In this document: positions 57,312 through 64,000 of the stretch, piece by piece
Layout of the letters: each line of letters begins with the position of its first letter
Position numbering within the stretch: position 1 is the stretch's first letter
The notes under the pieces: model-generated
The model's database searches: none
Told to the model about the DNA's origin: nothing
Seen by the model: only the letters and a program-made list of their open reading frames with translations
Source of the DNA: Patescibacteria group bacterium
GTDB lineage: Bacteria; Patescibacteriota; Patescibacteriia; Magasanikbacterales; UBA922
Direction of reading: 5' to 3'
DNA: 64,000 nucleotides
Assembly (NCBI GenBank): GCA_041651535.1
Contig: JBAZIZ010000001.1
Span: 96,368-160,367 of the forward strand
Made by a program: the position numbers and the translations under genes

Positions 57312-57390
57312 CCGTCTTCTCTTTTCTCTCCATTTTTTTATATTAAGGAGGGAAAAAATGTCTCTTCGTAGAGGAAAAGAGAAAGACGGC
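57312..57390 (+). other. ~18-bp inverted repeat (GCCGTCTTCTCTTTTC / GAAAAGAGAAAGACGGC) enclosing an AAGGAGGG RBS and the start of a 27-codon mini-ORF (MSLRRGKEKDGCVWCGWLKYLKNGEFTK)
   Basis: arms at 57312-57332 and 57372-57390; ATG at 57358; candidate regulatory hairpin or small-protein gene. Confidence 0.25.
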
Positions 57391-57700
57391 TGTGTCTGGT
57401 GTGGTTGGCTTAAATATTTAAAGAACGGAGAGTTCACAAAATGACAAGCCACCACAACCAAACATAACTTATAATGACACACTTCTCTTTTTTTGTCAAG
57501 AGCTTACAATTATATTTTATTTTAAAACTAAATATGTTATAATATATTCTGTTAATTTAATTAAAGAAAAACTTGACTTATTTATTATTTTGTTATATTA
57601 TATTAGCGTTATTATTTTAATAATTGACTGAAAGCTCAGTTGTAAACGTCTCGACGATACGTCGGAAAAGGTCCTGATTAATTATAAAAAATTTTAAAAT

Positions 57701-57773
57701 GGTCTGGTAGCTCAGTCGGTAGAGCAGCTGCCTTTTAAGCAGAAGGTCCTGGGTTCGAATCCCAGCCGGATCA
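57701..57773 (+). tRNA. tRNA-Lys(UUU)
   Basis: GGTCTGG-TA-GCTC-AGTCGGTA-GAGC-A-GCTGC-CTTTTAA-GCAGA-AGGTC-CTGGG-TTCGAAT-CCCAG-CCGGATC-A. Confidence 0.85.
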
Positions 57774-57781
57774 CAAGATAA

Positions 57782-57813
57782 AAATCACTTATTTAAAGTG
57801 ATTTTGTTTTTTT
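57782..57813 (+). terminator. AT-rich hairpin AAATCACTT / AAGTGATTT + T-run (tRNA-Lys terminator; repeated in each 115-bp unit)
   Basis: 9-bp stem followed by TTTTGTTTTTTT. Confidence 0.45.
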
Positions 57814-57988
57814 AATAAAGATTTTCAATTTAGAGCAGTCCCGACGATACGTCGGGAAAGGTCCTGGGTTCGAATCCCAGCCGGATCACAAGACAAAAAT
57901 CACTTATTTAAAGTGATTTTGTTTTTTTAATAAAGATTTTCAATTTAGAGCAGTCCCGACGATACGTCGGAAAAGGTCCTGTGGTTCG

Positions 57989-58028
57989 CCTGCCTGTCGG
58001 TTTATATGCCGTTAGGCATGTAGGCAGG
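57989..58028 (+). repeat. second 40-nt nested-hairpin element CCTGCCTG-TCGGTTTAT-ATGCC-GTTA-GGCAT-GTAGGCAGG
   Basis: same length and architecture as 836-875; inner stem changed CATACC/GGTATG to ATGCC/GGCAT (compensatory); inserted between TTCG and AATCC of the T-loop. Confidence 0.6.
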
Positions 58029-58127
58029 AATCCCAGCCGGATCACAAGACAAAAATCACTTATTTAAAGTGATTTTGTTTTTTTAAATAAAATTACAAAA
58101 ATAAAAAAATCGTTTTTAAACGATTTT

Positions 58128-59924
58128 TTAATCTTTGTTTTTAACACGACCAGCTTTGACTCGGTCATTTTCTGTTAAATATTTTTTTCTTATTCTGACA
58201 TTTTTTGGAGTAATTTCTAAATATTCATCTTCAGCTATTATTTCCAAACCAAGTTCTAAAGTTAATTCAATTGGTGGGGTAAGTTGAATAGCGATGTCTG
58301 CAGTTGAAGAACGAGTATTTGTTAAATGTTTACCTTTGATAGGATTAACTGTCATATCCATTCCTTTTGAAGTTATTCCAATAACTTGGCCTTCATAAAC
58401 GTCAACATTTGGTCCAACAAAAAGTGAACCTCGATCTTGTAAATTAGCTAAAGAATAAGCTAAAACTTTTCCAGTTTCTCCTGAGATCATAGCTCCAAAA
58501 TCATGTTTATCTATTTCTCCAACATAAGGTTTAAAACCTATCATTTCACTACATAAAATTCCTTCGCCTCTAGTATCAATAATAAATTCATTACGATAAC
58601 CGAGTATTCCTCTGGTTGGAATTTGGAAAACAAGACGAACATGATTGTTTTCTGGATGCATTGAAATCATTTGTCCTTTTCTTTTAGATATTTTTTCTAT
58701 GATAGCTCCTGAACATTCCTGTGGAATATCAATAGTTAATTCTTCAAAAGGTTCACACTTTATTCCATCAATTTCTTTGATAATAACTTGTGGTTGAGAT
58801 ACTTGTAATTCAAAACCTTCACGTCGCATATTTTCAAGTAAGATGGCAATATGCAATTCTCCCCTACCAAAAACTTTATAATACTCAGTTTCTGAAAAAT
58901 CTATTTTTAAACCTACATTTACTTCTAATTCTTTTTCCAATCTTTCTTTTATTTGGCGACTGGTCACAAATTTTCCTTCTCTACCAGCAAAAGTAGAATT
59001 GTTTACTAAAAAATTTAAAGATATTGTTGGATCATCAATTTTGATTGCAGGTAAAAGTGTTTGTTCTTTATCAACACAAACAGTATCGCCAATATAAATA
59101 TCAGATAAACCAGAAATCATTACTATATCACCAGCACTTACTTCTGAAACTTCTTTGCGAGTCATACCTTCAAAAGTAAATAATTTTGTTATTGTACCTG
59201 AAGAAATTTCTTCGTTTTGTTTTTTAGCAAAAATTTTTTCACCTGTTTTTATTTTTCCTTGATAAACTCTGCCAATACCCATACGTCCAAGATAATTATC
59301 ATAAGCCAAATTAAAAGGTTGGAAAATAAATGGTAATTCAACATCAGCTTTTACTGGTGGCACAACTCGTAAAATAGTATCAAGCAAAGGATCTAAATTA
59401 TTTGATTCATCATTTAAATTCATTTTTGCTATTCCTTGTTTAGCAATAGCATAAACAGTTGTAAAATTTAATTGTTCGTCATTTGCTCCTAAATCCATAA
59501 ATAATTCTAAAATTTTTTCATGAGTCCATTCAGGACGAGCAGCTGGTTTATCAATTTTATTTATAACAACAATTGGTTTTAAACCAAGTTCCAAAGATTT
59601 TCGTAAAACAAATTTTGTTTGTGGCATTGGTCCTTCTTGAGCGTCAACAACTAACAAAACTGAATCAATCGAACGTAAAACACGTTCGACTTCAGAACCA
59701 AAATCAGCGTGTCCAGGAGTGTCAACTATATTTATTTTTGTGTCTTTGTAAAACACTGAAGTATTTTTTGAATAAATTGTGATACCACGTTCTTTTTCTA
59801 AATCATTTGAATCCATGCTTACATCTTCATCTTTTATCATACCAGTTTGACGCATAAGAGCATCAGTAAGTTTTGTCTTGCCATGATCAACGTGGGCAAT
59901 TATAGCTATATTTCTAATCTCCAT
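58128..59924 (-). CDS. typA: translational GTPase TypA/BipA
   Basis: [15 protein letters not shown]1 motif, DTPGHADF G3, NKIDK G4; BipA C-terminal domain. Confidence 0.9.
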   Translation of the reverse strand: MEIRNIAIIAHVDHGKTKLTDALMRQTGMIKDEDVSMDSNDLEKERGITIYSKNTSVFYKDTKINIVDTPGHADFGSEVERVLRSIDSVLLVVDAQEGPMPQTKFVLRKSLELGLKPIVVINKIDKPAARPEWTHEKILELFMDLGANDEQLNFTTVYAIAKQGIAKMNLNDESNNLDPLLDTILRVVPPVKADVELPFIFQPFNLAYDNYLGRMGIGRVYQGKIKTGEKIFAKKQNEEISSGTITKLFTFEGMTRKEVSEVSAGDIVMISGLSDIYIGDTVCVDKEQTLLPAIKIDDPTISLNFLVNNSTFAGREGKFVTSRQIKERLEKELEVNVGLKIDFSETEYYKVFGRGELHIAILLENMRREGFELQVSQPQVIIKEIDGIKCEPFEELTIDIPQECSGAIIEKISKRKGQMISMHPENNHVRLVFQIPTRGILGYRNEFIIDTRGEGILCSEMIGFKPYVGEIDKHDFGAMISGETGKVLAYSLANLQDRGSLFVGPNVDVYEGQVIGITSKGMDMTVNPIKGKHLTNTRSSTADIAIQLTPPIELTLELGLEIIAEDEYLEITPKNVRIRKKYLTENDRVKAGRVKNKD

Positions 59925-60092
59925 ATTTTATATAAAAAAATCGCTTATTGAAAGCGTCCCGCTTTGATTGCGCGAGATACCCGACATTATATACTGTTTT
60001 TTCTTTTTTGTCAATAATAAATAATAAATATTATTTTCTTAGTATTAATATTTATTTTATTTACAGTTTAAAAAACCGCCATTGGCGGAATT

Positions 60093-60509
60093 TTAATTTA
60101 ATTTTTTATATTTTTTTCCTAAACGTATACGATTCATTTCTCTTTCTATTATTGCTTGTAATTTAGCAAATTCAATATCATCTATCTTATTTTCTTCTTT
60201 GAGTAATTTTTCAGCTCTTTGTCTAGCTTGTTCTGCTCTTTCTAAATCAATATCTTCAGCTCTTTCTGCGCTATCTGCCATAATGTAAACTTTACTATCT
60301 GGTCTTATTTCTAAAATTCCTCCTGAAACAGCAAGATCAACTTCAAAATCTTTTTTATGTATAGTAATAACACCAGTAGATAAAACAGAAACTAATGGTA
60401 AATGTTCGGGCAAAACAGTTATTTCTCCGTCCATAGTTGGAATAGTGACTTTCTCTATTAAATCTTCATAAACTATTCCCTCTGGCTTTACGATTTTAAA
60501 ATCAATCAT
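60093..60509 (-). CDS. atpC: F0F1 ATP synthase epsilon subunit
   Basis: 138 aa; beta-sandwich + helical hairpin pattern; immediately downstream of atpD. Confidence 0.85.
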   Translation of the reverse strand: MIDFKIVKPEGIVYEDLIEKVTIPTMDGEITVLPEHLPLVSVLSTGVITIHKKDFEVDLAVSGGILEIRPDSKVYIMADSAERAEDIDLERAEQARQRAEKLLKEENKIDDIEFAKLQAIIEREMNRIRLGKKYKKLN

Positions 60510-60522
60510 ATAAAATTATAAT

Positions 60523-61938
<1,416 letters not shown>

Positions 61939-61943
61939 TTATT

Positions 61944-62924
61944 TTATTCTAAAGCAGCTGCACCACCAGAAATTTCAGAAATTTCTTGAGTAATTCCAGC
62001 TTGTCTAGCTTTATTAAAACTTAAATTTAATTCTTTAATCATCTCATCTGCTGATTCACTGGCATTTTTCATAGCCATCATTCTAGAACTGTGTTCACTA
62101 GCTACTGATTCTAAAACAGCTTGATACAATTGAATTTCTACTAGACGAGGGAAAACATTTTCAATTACCACATCCAAACTTGGTTCAAAAATACAATTAA
62201 CCATATCAACTTTGTCTTTTTTTAAATCATCAATTTCTTCACTAACTTTTTTTTGATTTTTTTCATCACCCAAAGAACTTATCATTTTTTCTAAATCAGT
62301 ACTTGAAAATGGTAATAATTGTCTTACTTTTGCCTCTTGCTTCATACTAGATTTAAAATCAGTATAAACAACAATCACTTTATCATATTTTTTTTCTTTA
62401 AATAAAGTTACAGCTTGTCTAGCAACTGGCACAACTTCATCCATATCAGGTCTATCAGTTAATTTTTCATAAATAGCAAGTAAATTATACCCATATTTTT
62501 TAGCAAAATTTGCTCCTTTTTTTCCAATACCAATCATATCCACATTTATTTTATCAGCTGGTAGTATTTCATTTGTATTAGAAATACGATGTCTAGCAAC
62601 ATTTTTTACATCGTCTAAGATCATTTTTGCTTTACGTAAAATATTAGAATTGAAACTACCGCACAAACCTTTATTTGAACTGACCAAAATAACCAACATG
62701 TTTTTTACTGGTCTAACTTCTAATAAATCAACATTTGGTTCTTCTATTTTAGAAACATGTTCAATGAGTTCTTGTGCTAATCGAGCATAAAGTCTAGTAT
62801 TTATAGCATTATTTATTGCTTTTCGCATCTTAACAGCTGACATCATTTCCATGGCCTTAGTAATTTTTTTCGTATTTTTAACCGAACGAATTCTGTTTTT
62901 AATTGCTTTGGTATTTACTGCCAT
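61944..62924 (-). CDS. atpG: F0F1 ATP synthase gamma subunit
   Basis: MAVNTKAIKNRIRSVKNTKKITKAMEMMSA N-terminus and C-terminal helix typical of gamma. Confidence 0.85.
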   Translation of the reverse strand: MAVNTKAIKNRIRSVKNTKKITKAMEMMSAVKMRKAINNAINTRLYARLAQELIEHVSKIEEPNVDLLEVRPVKNMLVILVSSNKGLCGSFNSNILRKAKMILDDVKNVARHRISNTNEILPADKINVDMIGIGKKGANFAKKYGYNLLAIYEKLTDRPDMDEVVPVARQAVTLFKEKKYDKVIVVYTDFKSSMKQEAKVRQLLPFSSTDLEKMISSLGDEKNQKKVSEEIDDLKKDKVDMVNCIFEPSLDVVIENVFPRLVEIQLYQAVLESVASEHSSRMMAMKNASESADEMIKELNLSFNKARQAGITQEISEISGGAAALE

Positions 62925-62931
62925 AAATCAA

Positions 62932-64000
62932 TTATTGTTTTTTAAATTCTTCGCAAGCATCTTTAAGTTGATTTTCAAATTCTGAATCCCAAACTCCTTT
63001 TTTAATTTTTTCAAGAATATCTTGTTTACTAGAATTAAAAAATCTTAAAAATTCTTTTTCAATTTTTTGAATTTCTTTAACTTCAATATCATCAAAATAT
63101 CCATGATCAACTGCAAAAATAACAGCAACTTGGTCTTCAACTTTCATTGGAGAATATTGTGCCTGTTTCATAAGTTCGACTACTCTTTCTCCTCTGGCTA
63201 ATTGTCTTTTTGTATCTTCATCCAAATCACCAGCAAATTGTGCAAAAGCTTCTAATTCTCTATATTGTGCTAAAGCTAATTTAATACTTCCAGCAACTTT
63301 TTTCATTGGTTTGATTTGTGCGTCACCACCAACACGAGATACTGATAAACCAACATTAAGAGCAGGTCTTATACCTCTAAAAAATAAATCTGTTTCCAAA
63401 AATATCTGTCCGTCAGTAATAGAAATAACATTAGTTGGAATATAGGCTGAAATATCTCCAGCTTGAGTTTCAATAATTGGCAAAGCTGTAATACTACCCC
63501 CACCGTTTTCTTTATTTAAATTGCAAGCTCTTTCAAGTAATCTAGAATGTAAATAAAATACATCTCCAGGATAAGCTTCTCTTCCAGGTGGACGACGTAA
63601 TAACAAAGAAATTTCACGATAAGCCCAAGCTTGTTTAGTTAAATCATCATAAATAATCAAAACATCTTCTCCTTTATCAGCAAAATATTCGGCTATTGCA
63701 ACTCCAGCATAAGGTGCTAAATAAGCCATTGGAGCTGGTTCACTAGCCCCAGCAACTACTACAGTTGTATAATTCATTGCTCCAGCTTCTTCTAATTTAG
63801 CAACTATACGAGCTACTTTTGATTCTTTTTGCCCAACCGCAACATAAATACATTTCATGTTTTGACCTTTTTGGTTGATAATAGCGTCAATAGCCAAGGC
63901 TGTTTTTCCAGTTTGTCTATCACCAATTATAAGTTCTCTTTGACCACGTCCAACTGGAATAAGTGCATCAACTACTTTTATACCTGTTTGCACTGGTCTA
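62932..64000 (-). CDS. atpA: F0F1 ATP synthase alpha subunit; N-terminus lies beyond the window end
   Basis: [10 protein letters not shown]-loop near the window edge; C-terminal alpha-subunit domain; the ORF-track Met at 63993 is internal. Confidence 0.9.
   Translation of the reverse strand, partial: RPVQTGIKVVDALIPVGRGQRELIIGDRQTGKTALAIDAIINQKGQNMKCIYVAVGQKESKVARIVAKLEEAGAMNYTTVVVAGASEPAPMAYLAPYAGVAIAEYFADKGEDVLIIYDDLTKQAWAYREISLLLRRPPGREAYPGDVFYLHSRLLERACNLNKENGGGSITALPIIETQAGDISAYIPTNVISITDGQIFLETDLFFRGIRPALNVGLSVSRVGGDAQIKPMKKVAGSIKLALAQYRELEAFAQFAGDLDEDTKRQLARGERVVELMKQAQYSPMKVEDQVAVIFAVDHGYFDDIEVKEIQKIEKEFLRFFNSSKQDILEKIKKGVWDSEFENQLKDACEEFKKQ

Larger units (their letters stand above)
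57743..58080 (+). repeat. three direct copies (115-bp period) of tRNA-Lys 3' portion + terminator + CGACGATACGTCGG palindrome; the third copy interrupted in the T-loop by a 40-nt hairpin element
   Basis: AAGGTCCTGGGTTCGAATCCCAGCCGGATCA at 57743-57773 and again at 57858-57888; the third copy resumes at 57973 but reads ...CTGTGGTTCG-[40 nt]-AATCCCAGCCGGATCA; a partial unit also precedes the tRNA (57641-57680). Confidence 0.7.

Overview
The window is AT-rich (about 27-30% GC by eye) and gene-dense. It looks like a small-genome bacterium, possibly Patescibacteria/CPR-like; that placement is inference only. Housekeeping blocks: MATE efflux, RlmN, a DnaQ-like exonuclease, FtsEX, HPF, MurB, MraY, MurC/Mpl, another Mur ligase, two ATP-grasp ligases, NUDIX, PadR, a PspC surface protein, TypA/BipA and the ATP synthase alpha/gamma/beta/epsilon genes. 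Between these lies a large accessory region (~10.4-35.6 kb). It carries (i) a GmrSD-like DUF262-HNH + AIPR-like + small adenine-MTase module; (ii) SEC-C/HEPN-like, HNH and hypothetical genes; (iii) a phage-like module (ParB-MTase fusion, small and large terminase subunits, SNase-like nuclease, large serine recombinase with a palindromic att-like site); (iv) a three-gene operon made of a ~1000-aa gamma-class N6-adenine MTase, an HKD(PLD)-nuclease-SNF2-helicase fusion and a small HEPN-motif protein; I do not recognise this combination as a described system (DISARM-like but lacking DrmA/DrmB); (v) two tandem two-gene islets bounded by four copies of a 29-nt direct repeat that abuts tRNA-Gln. All three tRNA loci are unusual. 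A tRNA-Asn(GUU) carries a 301-nt group I intron in the anticodon loop. Upstream of it sit a duplicated 5' tRNA fragment and a stop-interrupted GIY-YIG gene. tRNA-Gln and tRNA-Lys are each followed by 115-120-bp tandem partial-tRNA duplications. Some duplicates are interrupted by a 40-nt GC-rich nested-hairpin element inserted exactly within D-loop or T-loop sequence. No CRISPR arrays or rRNA genes were seen.
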